A DNA stretch of 64,000 nucleotides from positions 1-64,000 of the IMG/VR virus record IMGVR_UViG_3300021961_000038. One strand, written 5' to 3'. The notes under the pieces are model-generated. The model worked only from the letters and a program-made list of their open reading frames with translations. It ran no database searches and was not told the origin of the DNA. The position numbers and the translations under genes were made by a program. Below are positions 27,644 to 37,477 of this stretch, one piece after another (the first letter of the stretch is position 1; each line of letters begins with the position of its first letter). This stretch comes from a virus.

Positions 27644-28816
27644 TTATGAGAATGATACGTTAGCAGAAGTGATTGACACTTTGCCTAAGTAATCAGCCGC
27701 ATTTCCTAAAGATGATGCAGAGTTGTTCAGTTCAATGTAACCGTAACGTGTCATAAAGCCAACAACTGGTTCAAAAGTTGCAGGATCTAGAACAACGCCA
27801 GATGACATTAGAGGAATGTATGGGCAATAGAATGCCGCCGCATCAGCCTCTGAAGAACCTTTGTATCCAACAAGTACTTGATTGTCATCAGCACCTGTGT
27901 CAGCCAAGTAAGCGTCAACGAACACTTTCATTGCACCGTTTAGTGTACCAACAAATTTAGTGTTAGTAGGTGCTTCGAAAGTACCTTCTGTTGTTCTTGC
28001 GAACGCAGAAGTAGTCGCAGATTGTAGGATAGTCAATGCTTGGTTTGAAACCACTGCAAAGTTACCTGCACCGCGTCTTGTTCTTTGAGCGATCTTGTTA
28101 GCAGTTCTGTTGATTTGAACAGCCAATGCCGCGTGTTCATCACCAACAAAAGTAGCAGTACCAGATACAGCCGCTTGGTTGTAAGTTTCTTCAACTGAAG
28201 CAAGTGATCTTAATGAAGCAAGAATCTCTTGGTCGATCTCAGAAGTAATTTCTTGAGCAAGAGCGGCCATGATTTCTGCTTCGATATCAATGCCTTGTTG
28301 TGCTTGAGCGTCTTGTGCCGCTTCAAATGTCCAACGAGCAGATAGTTTACGAGTTTTCGCCTCTACTGCTTGTTTTAAGATCTGAATTGACATTTTCTTA
28401 CCAGGTGTACCTTCTAATGTAGCAGTCGCATCTGCTTTATTAGTTGAAGCGTTACCTGAATAGCCTTCAGCAATTTTGAAAGGTGATAGTGCTTCTTCGC
28501 CTGCTGTTGCAGAATCGAAAGTTTCAGCATATCTTACTCTCAATGTGTGGATTTGACCCACTGGACCTGTCATAGGTTGTACACCAACGATTTCGTTAGC
28601 AATAACGGTTGGCATTACACGTCTAATAACTGGTAGGATGACTCTGTTTAGAGTTGCTACGTTACCGGCACTAGTTGCACCACTTGAAGCCGCCTCAGCG
28701 AGATACTTGCGAGTGTTCTCGAGAGTGACATCCATGACGCTTTTCTTATGGCCTTGTAGACCCTCTAATAGAGCGGTCTTAGTTTCGGACCAATTTTCTT
28801 TTAGTATGTCTGACAT
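27644..28816 (-). CDS. gp23: Major capsid protein, T4 gp23 family
   Basis: LPVIRRVMPTVIANEIVGVQPMTGPVGQI, VEAKTRKLSARWTFEAAQD, EIDQEI, IAQRTRRGAGNF, YCPYIPL, DPATFEPVVGFMTRYG; probable protease site LAE/A near the N-terminus. Confidence 0.97.
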   Translation of the reverse strand: MSDILKENWSETKTALLEGLQGHKKSVMDVTLENTRKYLAEAASSGATSAGNVATLNRVILPVIRRVMPTVIANEIVGVQPMTGPVGQIHTLRVRYAETFDSATAGEEALSPFKIAEGYSGNASTNKADATATLEGTPGKKMSIQILKQAVEAKTRKLSARWTFEAAQDAQAQQGIDIEAEIMAALAQEITSEIDQEILASLRSLASVEETYNQAAVSGTATFVGDEHAALAVQINRTANKIAQRTRRGAGNFAVVSNQALTILQSATTSAFARTTEGTFEAPTNTKFVGTLNGAMKVFVDAYLADTGADDNQVLVGYKGSSEADAAAFYCPYIPLMSSGVVLDPATFEPVVGFMTRYGYIELNNSASSLGNAADYLGKVSITSANVSFS

Positions 28817-28831
28817 TTTCTGTCTCTCCTT

Positions 28832-29923
28832 TTAGTTTAATCCCGCTAATCTGCGGAGTTCAATTAAGTTTGACTTTTCTTCTGTAACGATATTGCTTTC
28901 CTTATCACCTGTAACTTCAGATGCTTCGGTTAACGCCACACGTTTTGCTTTAATAGATGTTTTATCATCCATTACCGCTGGAAGGTATTTGTCAAACGCC
29001 GTATGCAACTTTTCAGTTGCTACAGATTCCAATAGTTCGGACATGATTTCTCTTTTGTCTTTCCCTAAAGGTGTTAACAACTCAGTCATCACTGCAACAC
29101 GTTTTGCTTCGTCTTTGGCTTTTGCAATTTCTTGCTCCTTAGACTCAACTAAATGTTGCTTCTCTGTGACCTTTTTCTCTGCTTCTGCTAATTGCTCATC
29201 TTTTTCAGTAACGATCTTCATCAACTTCGCAGTTTCTGATTTTTCGTTTAGATATGATGAACTGTATTCATTAGCAAATGCTTCGAATAGTTTTCTACCA
29301 AAATGGTTCTCTCTAGCACCCTTGATGTCTTCTTTCAATTGTGTGATTTCCTCTGCTAATTTTTTGTTAACAGATTCTTGAACGATCTTAGCGGATTTCT
29401 CAATGAAGCGTTGTTTTACTTCATCTAATTTAACTTTGGCTTCTTTTACAAGTTTTACCTTGGTTTCTGCCAAATCTTTTTTGTCTTCTGCAAACTCGTG
29501 AATTTCTTTTGCGAGTTGTTTGACTACAAAGTCTTCAAGTTTTGCAAAGTTTTCTGAAACTTTTTTACGGTCTTCATTAACTTCTGCAATTTCTTTTGTC
29601 AATTGTTTTAGAACGAATTCTTTCAACAAATTAGAATGCTCACTTACTTGCTTTTTATAAGCCACTCTTGCTTCCGCAAGTGCTTTCTTATCTTCGGCAA
29701 ATTCAGCGATTTCTGATGACAATTTCTCGGAGACCATGCGATCAAGTGCTTCAACCATGTTTTGTTTATCATGCTCATAGCGTTTCGCAAACTCTTCACG
29801 AAGTTCAGCAGTAACACTGTTTTTGTTCTCTTTTACTTTTTCGTTCCATGCTTCTTCTAGTGAAGATCTTACTTCCTCACTTAGGATGCCTGTTTCAAAA
29901 AGTTTATTAAAAACATCACTCAT
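28832..29923 (-). CDS. gp22: Prohead core scaffolding protein, gp22-like
   Basis: E/K-rich coiled coil between protease and capsid genes; ARENHFGRKLFEAFA motif. Confidence 0.85.
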   Translation of the reverse strand: MSDVFNKLFETGILSEEVRSSLEEAWNEKVKENKNSVTAELREEFAKRYEHDKQNMVEALDRMVSEKLSSEIAEFAEDKKALAEARVAYKKQVSEHSNLLKEFVLKQLTKEIAEVNEDRKKVSENFAKLEDFVVKQLAKEIHEFAEDKKDLAETKVKLVKEAKVKLDEVKQRFIEKSAKIVQESVNKKLAEEITQLKEDIKGARENHFGRKLFEAFANEYSSSYLNEKSETAKLMKIVTEKDEQLAEAEKKVTEKQHLVESKEQEIAKAKDEAKRVAVMTELLTPLGKDKREIMSELLESVATEKLHTAFDKYLPAVMDDKTSIKAKRVALTEASEVTGDKESNIVTEEKSNLIELRRLAGLN

Positions 29924-29939
29924 TGGCTTCTCCTTATTG

Positions 29940-30572
29940 TTACTGCAAGCCTTTTATGACTCGTAGTATCTGTTCTTTGAGATACTTTTGTGCCTTTTGA
30001 TCATTGCTGATCTCATGCACCGACCTCATCGCACTATAACCACCTCTTGTATTCATGATGTGTTCATAGATTGGTGTAGGGTAGGCTCCCGGTGCACTAG
30101 GTTGTGCTACCACATCAACTGTGATAATTTCGAAATCGCTAACGTGACCATCGCCTTCGTTAACATTTCCACTTCCTCTGCTGGATACACCTAGTTTGAC
30201 TCCGCTTTCCAGCATTGTCTTTACTAGGTTACCCATAGGAGTAGGCAAAATTTTCATTTTGCCGTACCCGTTAGGACCATCCATCCACATATCGGTAATC
30301 ATGTGGCTAACTCTGTCCAAGTTTACTTTTAAATCATCTGGGTGATCTACTTCACCAAGAACCGAATATCCACCATCGATTTGATCTTTTAGAGTCTTAA
30401 CAGCGTTGCCTATCTCGGAGACAGGGTAGATTCGCTGGTTAGCGTTTTTAACACCACCCTGAATACAAATGCCCTTTAAATAAAGAGATTTATTATCCCC
30501 TTCACCTTGCGACTCCAAAGTGACTTTCGCCTGATCAAACGTTAAGTTTTCTCGTAAATATAAAGATGCCAT
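29940..30572 (-). CDS. gp21: Prohead core protease, gp21 family
   Basis: LKGICIQGGVKNANQRIY, LGEVDHPDDLKVNLDRVSH, ILPTPMG, LGVSSRGSG, TVDVVAQPSAPGA. Confidence 0.95.
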   Translation of the reverse strand: MASLYLRENLTFDQAKVTLESQGEGDNKSLYLKGICIQGGVKNANQRIYPVSEIGNAVKTLKDQIDGGYSVLGEVDHPDDLKVNLDRVSHMITDMWMDGPNGYGKMKILPTPMGNLVKTMLESGVKLGVSSRGSGNVNEGDGHVSDFEIITVDVVAQPSAPGAYPTPIYEHIMNTRGGYSAMRSVHEISNDQKAQKYLKEQILRVIKGLQ

Positions 30573-30596
30573 TAACGGCTTCCTCCTATTTCAAAA

Positions 30597-31493
30597 TTAT
30601 TCAGCACTTTTTACAGATGCTTTCTTAAAAGTGTCGCCTGCTTTTGAACCTGGTTCATTCTCGAAAGATTTTCCCATGTCCTTGGCTTTAACGGCACTAC
30701 CGCCCTTTTCTTCACCGCCTTGTGCAATGTTTTTACCATCAGCACCTTCACTTGCTCCGCCTTTCGACGCAACTGGTGATGCAGTGTTATCAGCACCTTC
30801 TGAATTTTTAGGAGCAGAGACTTTTTCAACATATTCTCTCATAGTCTCGCCAGCGGATTTGCTTTGTGTTGTTCCTTCAAATGGAATTTCTTCCCCTGTC
30901 AGTTCGGCTGTTGCTGATTCTTCTTCTGGACCCTCTTCTTCACCTTCGTCTTCAGCACCTTCTTCGCCTTCGTCGTCGGCTTTATCACCAACCATAGCAT
31001 CGAATTCTGCTTTAAGTTCATCAAGAGCGTCTTCTAAGTCAACTACACGGTCTTCAATGTCATCATGTTCTTCTTCATGATCATCCATTTCACCGTCTTT
31101 ATCGAAGTCCATTTCGCCGTCTTTTTCAACATCTGACATCATGTCATCTGCCGCGTCGCCGCCGATTTCTTCGATTGACTCTTCGTTTTCTGAAACTTCT
31201 TCATCTGTTTCTTCATCAGTTGCTTCTTCAACAGCATCTTCATCTTCTTCTGTTGCTTCTTCAACTGCTTCATCGTCTTCTGATTTTGCAGTTTCTTCTA
31301 CTGCTTCGTCGTCTGACTCTTTAGATGCTTCTTCTACAGCATCTTCTTCCTTGTCTTCAGCAGACTCAATAAGTCCCTGATAGATTTCTTTTGACTTTTC
31401 TACAACGATATCATGAAAAAGTTCTTCTGCTTTTTCCTTATCTTCGTTTACTAGCAAGTCTAATAATTGTTCAAATTTTGAATTATCTGACAT
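30597..31493 (-). CDS. Highly acidic prohead core/internal protein (likely start at 31493, not the track's 31535)
   Basis: AAGGAG SD at 31506-31501 precedes MSDNSKFEQLL; TAAATA at 31545-31540; tandem AVEE repeats resembling gp21 cleavage sites. Confidence 0.7.
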   Translation of the reverse strand: MSDNSKFEQLLDLLVNEDKEKAEELFHDIVVEKSKEIYQGLIESAEDKEEDAVEEASKESDDEAVEETAKSEDDEAVEEATEEDEDAVEEATDEETDEEVSENEESIEEIGGDAADDMMSDVEKDGEMDFDKDGEMDDHEEEHDDIEDRVVDLEDALDELKAEFDAMVGDKADDEGEEGAEDEGEEEGPEEESATAELTGEEIPFEGTTQSKSAGETMREYVEKVSAPKNSEGADNTASPVASKGGASEGADGKNIAQGGEEKGGSAVKAKDMGKSFENEPGSKAGDTFKKASVKSAE

Positions 31494-31545
31494 TGTTTTT
31501 CTCCTTTGTTTGTTAATATTAGGCAAGGCTGTCAATACATATTTA

Positions 31546-31594
31546 CAAAAAAACCAGTTTTACCGACTAAAATAGGTAAAAAACCGCTTTTTTG
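31546..31594 (-). terminator. Probable intrinsic terminator/imperfect hairpin
   Basis: TTTTACC/GGTAAAA stem with flanking A6 and T7 runs between the 31596 stop and the next late promoter. Confidence 0.4.
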
Positions 31595-31595
31595 A

Positions 31596-32186
31596 CTATT
31601 CTTTGTCAAAAACTTGCTTTTCAAACTGTTCATATGTAATAACTTTATAGTTACTGTGGTTATTTAATATAGTAGGACTGAAATCACCTGGTTTCGTGAC
31701 CCTATAAAACGTTATATCGCTACGCTCTTTAATAACTGATTCTGTTTGTCTAAGCCAATTACCGTAATATGTTGCTGGTTCTACGCTTTTTTTATAGTTA
31801 GGAGTGTCAGCATATATGTTATTAACACGTTTACCGTCAAATAAACCCTGATAATCAAAGCCTAATATATAGATATCTTGGTACCAATCGCTGGCCGCTT
31901 TCCACAGTGCTGTGGGTCCACTGCTCCATCCTTTATTAGGATTAAAGTAAAACAGTCCGCTATACTTTTCGTATGCTTTGTTAAAGTTAGTCCAAACCTG
32001 TCCATCTAGATGATAGTTGTTGCCAACTATTTCATGAACCATTTTTGGATCTACTGCTATTAGATAATCAGGAGCAAATGTTCGATAAACGGCATTACAG
32101 GCATAAATTTTGCCTTTACCAACTAGTCGTTGTAAATCAAAATCCTGTCGTGATGTTCCGTTACCTATGACAAACGCTTTGCTCAT
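31596..32186 (-). CDS. DUF115/Maf-like (GT29-like Rossmann fold) putative sugar transferase
   Basis: AFVIGNGTSR, IYACNAVYR...PDYLIAVD, WSSGPTAL, IYILGFD signature. Confidence 0.65.
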   Translation of the reverse strand: MSKAFVIGNGTSRQDFDLQRLVGKGKIYACNAVYRTFAPDYLIAVDPKMVHEIVGNNYHLDGQVWTNFNKAYEKYSGLFYFNPNKGWSSGPTALWKAASDWYQDIYILGFDYQGLFDGKRVNNIYADTPNYKKSVEPATYYGNWLRQTESVIKERSDITFYRVTKPGDFSPTILNNHSNYKVITYEQFEKQVFDKE

Positions 32187-32208
32187 AGTTTTATTTAAAA
32201 AAGATAGA

Positions 32209-32454
32209 TTATGCTATTGCGGCTTCTGGTGCAGGCAGACCGTACATTAACTTTATAAAGTCTAATTCTTTTGCCTGTTCCAACTCACGTGCTTCAGATG
32301 TGCGTCTGATGGTATTGATTTGACTTAATGTAAGACGTGTTTTTCTAGTATCATCTGCTTTTACCACAGAGATATCTCTCTCCGCGTCATAACGTTTGTC
32401 GTCTTCGAAGTTTTTACCGTCTTTATTAAAATAAAAAAACTCTTGTAATAGCAT
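32209..32454 (-). CDS. Small head-assembly-region protein (81 aa)
   Basis: Directly follows the portal gene; DTRKTRLTL.QIN.IR...MYG motif; TAAATA-N5-ATG. Confidence 0.65.
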   Translation of the reverse strand: MLLQEFFYFNKDGKNFEDDKRYDAERDISVVKADDTRKTRLTLSQINTIRRTSEARELEQAKELDFIKLMYGLPAPEAAIA

Positions 32455-32462
32455 GATAATAT

Positions 32463-34169
32463 TTATGTTCCTGTTGGCGTAGTTTCACCAGGTGTAGGTT
32501 CTGTACCTGTATCTTCTGCTGGTGGTTCCGGTGCATCTGCTCCTGGTTCTGCTGAACCAAGTGTATCTAAATCAGATTGCATTCCTCCTGGGGTTACTCC
32601 AACACCACGCATCTGTTGTTGTGAACCAACATTATCAATTGCTTCACCTGAATTTTCTTCACGCCACATAGTTTCGTTTTCTGCAATTTCTTCTTGGCTT
32701 AATCCTAAGAAACGTTTTAGTGCAAAACGTTTTGACATATACGGAACTTCTTGCAATGAAGCAAATGTATTAACACGAGCGTTATCCATTTCACTTTGTC
32801 TGTATGCGGCAAAGTTTTGTGGTGGATTCATTTGTAAATCAAATAGATTATTATCAATGTTAACGCCTTTAGCGTTCAAGTACATTTTAAATTCTCTATC
32901 AAAAATATGACTTATTAAACTTTGTAATCGTACACAGTACTTGTTAAAACGCAGTTCTTGAATGTATGCTGTGCCCACTCTACCATCATTATATTGTGCG
33001 GCACTGTCGTCTGCACCTGTTGGTAAGTATGAACTTGGAATACGTAATCCACGGAATAATTTATTTGTAAAATATTTTAAGTCGTCAATTTCGCCTAGGT
33101 TAGTACCACCTGGTAATGTTTCAACTTTAGATCCACGTCCTTCTGCTGTTTGTGGGAAAAAGTAATCTTCATTAATTGATAATGGATTAAAACTAGCATC
33201 AATAACATTAGTTCCACCACCTGTTGAACTTGGAATACGTCTTTGATGAATTTCGTTTTTAACTCTTTCAACAAATCCCATAGCAAGGTGGGTAGGCATA
33301 TTACCTACGTCAATATAAAATACTCTACGCTCTGGTGCTCTTTGCACACGGTAGATAATAATTGCATCTTCAAGTAATTCTTTTTGCTTGTAAACTTTAA
33401 AAACTGATTCTAACAGTGAATTACCAAACGGAAAATTTCTGTCCAGTCCTTCACTTAAACTTAAATGCACAACGTGATTGGCATCAATTGCTAATTGGTT
33501 GTTTTGTCTCTCAAATCTTGTACCAAAGTTTTGTGGACCAGATCCTACATAACCTCTACCATATGCACCACCGCTGGTTGTGTAATCAACCTGTCCTGAT
33601 CCTGCCTGTGCTGTAAGTTGTGTTACTGATAGATTTTGAAAGTTAGGATTAGGATCTCTTAATACATATTGTTCAGGCTCTTTGCCTTCGCTTTCGTTTA
33701 CAATAATTTTATCTAACTTTGCAGGGTCAACGTGATACCATTTAAATGTTTCCGGATCTCTAACAAAGAAAGCATCACCATATTTGAATATGTTACGAAC
33801 AATTTTAAAAATACGTCTTTCAAAGTTGTTTAGATCGCACCATTGTTGCAGATAACTTTTTAAGATTTTTGTTTCAGGACTTGTAGTTGCGGCTTTAAAG
33901 AAAATATTAAATGGTGTTTTGTTTTCTACATTAGTTTGTGTACAAAACTCAGCAAGGATATCTAATGCCGCGTTTACTTCACTGTCCACGTCCATTGTTT
34001 CATATTGGCCATAACGTTCAATACGATTAGGATGTCCTGAATAAACATCGGGTAAAAATGATGAATAATTGGACCTCGCAGGGCCGGCCTGTCCCGATCC
34101 TGTAATAGGACTGAGAGTTCCTGATGTATCTTTTGGTTTATATTCCTGAAAGTATTTTTTCCAACCCAT
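32463..34169 (-). CDS. gp20: Portal vertex protein, gp20 family
   Basis: YETMDVDSEVNAALDI, LLEDAIIIYRVQRAPERRVFYIDVGNMP, EDYFFP...GRGSKVETLPGG.NLGEIDD..YF..KL..GL.IP. Confidence 0.96.
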   Translation of the reverse strand: MGWKKYFQEYKPKDTSGTLSPITGSGQAGPARSNYSSFLPDVYSGHPNRIERYGQYETMDVDSEVNAALDILAEFCTQTNVENKTPFNIFFKAATTSPETKILKSYLQQWCDLNNFERRIFKIVRNIFKYGDAFFVRDPETFKWYHVDPAKLDKIIVNESEGKEPEQYVLRDPNPNFQNLSVTQLTAQAGSGQVDYTTSGGAYGRGYVGSGPQNFGTRFERQNNQLAIDANHVVHLSLSEGLDRNFPFGNSLLESVFKVYKQKELLEDAIIIYRVQRAPERRVFYIDVGNMPTHLAMGFVERVKNEIHQRRIPSSTGGGTNVIDASFNPLSINEDYFFPQTAEGRGSKVETLPGGTNLGEIDDLKYFTNKLFRGLRIPSSYLPTGADDSAAQYNDGRVGTAYIQELRFNKYCVRLQSLISHIFDREFKMYLNAKGVNIDNNLFDLQMNPPQNFAAYRQSEMDNARVNTFASLQEVPYMSKRFALKRFLGLSQEEIAENETMWREENSGEAIDNVGSQQQMRGVGVTPGGMQSDLDTLGSAEPGADAPEPPAEDTGTEPTPGETTPTGT

Positions 34170-34190
34170 TTATTTTCCTCTATGCTGATT

Positions 34191-36545
34191 CTACATACTT
34201 TGTAGTTCTGACAGCATATCTTTATTAATTCTTATTAATTCGTCAAACTTAGCACCAAGTCCGCCACCGTTAATGTTATTTACCGATGTTCCAGAACCTT
34301 GACTATTATTTGATTTTACACTCTCTTGCTCCAGTTTGTCAAGTTGTTCGTCACTCAAACCGGTGATATCTTTTGCCATTCCGCGTGTTTGTGATTTAAT
34401 ACCGGCTTCATTCTCTTTGGCATATGCATCATATTTGGCTCCCATCGACTGTGCTTGATTAATCATGGAACCAATATCCATTTTGCCGTCTTTCATTCCG
34501 GCCATCATGTTACCCATGTCGCCCTGCATCATGTTTAGCATACCACCCAATGGTGAATTTTTAGGAATAACCGCTTCTTCGCCGTGTAACATAGCGGCCT
34601 GACCCTTGCCAAAGTTTTTGAATAAACTTCCCATTCCTACGGTACCTTGGGACATACTGTTCTTTTTGTGTTCTTGCAACATTTTAGCAAGACCTTGCAT
34701 TTCTTCATCGGTAAATTTATCACCGTGAATATCTGCTTCCATATTTCCAAAAATATCACCTATAGGTCTTGCTACCACGCCAATAGCACTCATAATGTGA
34801 GCAAAACTACGATTCATCCAACTCTCATCTTGCTTCATTTTTTCAAGTTGGAGTGTTTTCACTTCCTGTAGGATATCGTTAATTTCTTCATCGCTGAATG
34901 ATCTTCCGTTGTCTTGTCTTTTCTGACTTAAATCTCTAGTTGCCAATGAACCAGTAAATCCTACACCCATATCACTGCCAGCAGTTCCACCCGCTCCTTC
35001 TCTTATTGCCGTCATAAGTGCATTTCCTATTTGCACCAGAAGGTCCTTTAACCCATTCATGATATTTTCTCTGCCTTTTTCATCAAAAGGATTTAGGTCT
35101 CCGTTAAACCTCTCTAGGAATTTTATTACGTCAGGAGTTTTTTCTCTAATCCATTTTGCAAAGTTGTCCATGGCTGTTTGGAACTCGCCACTTGAGAATA
35201 CTTTTGTAAACAAATCGGAAAATGCCGATCTAACATCTTTAAGTGCAATGTTCAGTGTGTTAAACAGATCAACAGCACCACCACTCTTGCCCATCTTACC
35301 TTGGACCTCTTCAACGCTACCACCAAATAGATTAATACCATTGATAATGTTGCTGAGTGCTGTACCATATGGATCTCCCATCAACATCAACGTACCAGCA
35401 AGTTTGGCATTGGCATCCGCAAATCCTTGATTTGAATTAGCAAGATTGTTAAAGTCTCCCATCAACATCTTGTTAAAGTCTTCTTGTGATCCTGCAAAAT
35501 TTCTTGCCGCATTGGCTGAACCGGTGATTGTTTGATTAAAGCCTGGCATCAAGGCAGTTATCTGCTGTGCCGCATCAGTAACAGGTCCAACGCCCATGAT
35601 AGCCGCCATGGCCGCTTCTTTACCCGCTTCACCAAATCCTGCTTCAGCGGTACCAACTATCTTTAACATTCTTGCACGAGTTTCTCCGTCAAGACCTGCA
35701 AGGAATCTTTCGAAACCTTTGTTCATGTTGGCTTGTTTTAATCCGTTTTCAATTTCGTCTGATTGTTTACCTGTTAGTTCAGATAATTCTCTTAGATATT
35801 TTGCGTAGTCACCTGATAGGTTAACCATCTGTGCTTCGCTCATGTTACGTCTTTGCATAGCCACAGCGTTCATGGCAAAGAAACTCATGAACCTGTCATT
35901 CTGCTCATCAAAGTCCATACCAAAACGCATTAATGTTCTACCGTTGGCCAACATTGCACGTTTGTTCATGTCAAGGGCCATTTCAGCACCACGTGTTGCT
36001 GTGCCTAGTGTGGCAAATGCTTCAACGTTTGCTCCCAATGATTTTAGCAGTTGTCCCGAATCAACACCCAGTGCCGCAAAATCAGACTGTAATCTTTCAA
36101 CCCTTAACCCAAATGCGATACCAGTTTTGGATAACTTTTGGAACATATCGTAGTTGGTGTTTAACATTGTTACCAATGTTTCCAACACTGTTCCTAGTCC
36201 TAAAAAGTCGCCTGTAACATTTTTAACTGTTTTTGCTAGATCCGTGACCTTTGGTTGTGACTGCACCATTGCACCCGCTAGTCCAACCGCCGCACCACCT
36301 ATTTTGGCTAGTCCGTTAAGCGTTGAAGCCGCTTTGGTTAGTACGCTGGCTAGTTTATCAAACGCTGAGGCAACATTCATACTGCTTTTTTCAACGCCTT
36401 TTAGTTGCTTTTGTGCATCCGCGACAGCACCAGAGAACCCGGTTTTACCCGAGGACATTACATCCAAAAGTTTTTGTAGCGTTGCTTCTTCGGCCGCATT
36501 GTTTAATTCGACCTGCTGTCCGCCAATTTCTCCTCTTACTGCCAT
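34191..36545 (-). CDS. Putative tape-measure/baseplate hub (gp29-like) protein (784 aa)
   Basis: Long alpha-helical Ala/Gly/Met-rich sequence; C-terminal FGKG..AMLHGEEAVIP motif seen in tape-measure-like proteins; divergent from the gp26-like chaperone gene. Confidence 0.6.
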   Translation of the reverse strand: MAVRGEIGGQQVELNNAAEEATLQKLLDVMSSGKTGFSGAVADAQKQLKGVEKSSMNVASAFDKLASVLTKAASTLNGLAKIGGAAVGLAGAMVQSQPKVTDLAKTVKNVTGDFLGLGTVLETLVTMLNTNYDMFQKLSKTGIAFGLRVERLQSDFAALGVDSGQLLKSLGANVEAFATLGTATRGAEMALDMNKRAMLANGRTLMRFGMDFDEQNDRFMSFFAMNAVAMQRRNMSEAQMVNLSGDYAKYLRELSELTGKQSDEIENGLKQANMNKGFERFLAGLDGETRARMLKIVGTAEAGFGEAGKEAAMAAIMGVGPVTDAAQQITALMPGFNQTITGSANAARNFAGSQEDFNKMLMGDFNNLANSNQGFADANAKLAGTLMLMGDPYGTALSNIINGINLFGGSVEEVQGKMGKSGGAVDLFNTLNIALKDVRSAFSDLFTKVFSSGEFQTAMDNFAKWIREKTPDVIKFLERFNGDLNPFDEKGRENIMNGLKDLLVQIGNALMTAIREGAGGTAGSDMGVGFTGSLATRDLSQKRQDNGRSFSDEEINDILQEVKTLQLEKMKQDESWMNRSFAHIMSAIGVVARPIGDIFGNMEADIHGDKFTDEEMQGLAKMLQEHKKNSMSQGTVGMGSLFKNFGKGQAAMLHGEEAVIPKNSPLGGMLNMMQGDMGNMMAGMKDGKMDIGSMINQAQSMGAKYDAYAKENEAGIKSQTRGMAKDITGLSDEQLDKLEQESVKSNNSQGSGTSVNNINGGGLGAKFDELIRINKDMLSELQSM

Positions 36546-36572
36546 AATCTAGGAATCCCCATTTTCTACGTA

Positions 36573-36602
36573 TATAAATATCTTTATACATTATTATTTA
36601 TG
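36573..36602. promoter_or_regulatory. Face-to-face pair of late promoters
   Basis: TATAAATA on + at 36573-36580 (for 36614) and CATAAATA on - at 36602-36595 (for 36545). Confidence 0.65.
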
Positions 36603-36613
36603 TAGAGGAAAAA

Positions 36614-37477
36614 ATGGCGGATAATAACATTTTAAGCAAATATCAAAGACAACCTAAGATCTATATTAAGTTGCCTAGCGAAGGTAGATTCTACAAAAAG
36701 AATCCTATGGAAAATTCGGGCAGTGGTGAACTACCTGTTTACTCCATGACGGCCAAGGACGAGATCACGATGCGTACACCGGACTCACTGATGAACGGTG
36801 AATCCACAGCCAGCGTTATTAAAAGTTGCTGTCCTTTGATCGATGACCCATGGGAAATTCCCAGCATTGATCTAGATGCTATTCTAATAGCAATTAGAAT
36901 TGCTACCTATGGTGAAAGGATGACGCTTGACGTTAGGGTTCCTCTACCAAACAATGAAAACGAAATTATTGCAACCGAACTTGACCTGCGTCCACTGTTG
37001 GACAGCACATATGGAAAAACATTTCCAACAACAGTTGAGCATGGTGATCTAAAGTTTCACATTAAACCTCTAAGTTACAAGGATCAAAGTTCATTCTTTC
37101 AGAGCACCTATGAAACTTCAAGACTGGCTTCACTGATGTCTAGAAACGATATTGCCGATGAGCAGAAAAAAGAAGCGTTTGTGCAAGGGTTTAAACTGTT
37201 AAGCAAGACAACACTTGATGTTGTGCTTAAACAGGTGTTGGCGATCGAAACTCCCGAAGGCACTGAACAGAGCCCACAGGTAATCAAAGAATTCTTTGAC
37301 AACACCGACAAGGACACATTTGTTAAGGTACAGGAAACGTTGACCAAGGCAAAAGAAATGTTTGACATTCCACAACAAACCGTTAGGGTACCACACAATT
37401 TAATTGAAAGGGGAGCACCAGAAACTGTATCAGTTCCTGTGCTTTTTGACCAATCAAATTTTTTCGCTGGCAAGTAA
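36614..37477 (+). CDS. gp26: Baseplate hub assembly protein, T4 gp26-like
   Basis: RQPKIYIKLPSEG.FY, ELPVYSMTAKDE, PD.LMNG, DLDAILIAIRIATYGE; ends ...DQSNFFAGK. Confidence 0.7.
   Translation: MADNNILSKYQRQPKIYIKLPSEGRFYKKNPMENSGSGELPVYSMTAKDEITMRTPDSLMNGESTASVIKSCCPLIDDPWEIPSIDLDAILIAIRIATYGERMTLDVRVPLPNNENEIIATELDLRPLLDSTYGKTFPTTVEHGDLKFHIKPLSYKDQSSFFQSTYETSRLASLMSRNDIADEQKKEAFVQGFKLLSKTTLDVVLKQVLAIETPEGTEQSPQVIKEFFDNTDKDTFVKVQETLTKAKEMFDIPQQTVRVPHNLIERGAPETVSVPVLFDQSNFFAGK

Noticed and set aside
31494-31535. Track start for the acidic core protein (MTALPNINKQRRKT extension)
   Set aside because: Non-ATG start next to the promoter; the SD-led ATG at 31493 is far more plausible.
1086-36552. 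Many plus-strand ORFs of 60-170 aa in the track (e.g. 3879-4355, 10196-10708, 28893-29381, 30631-31080)
   Set aside because: They are antisense shadows of long minus-strand genes, Ser/Pro-rich, with no SD or promoter; expected from codon bias.
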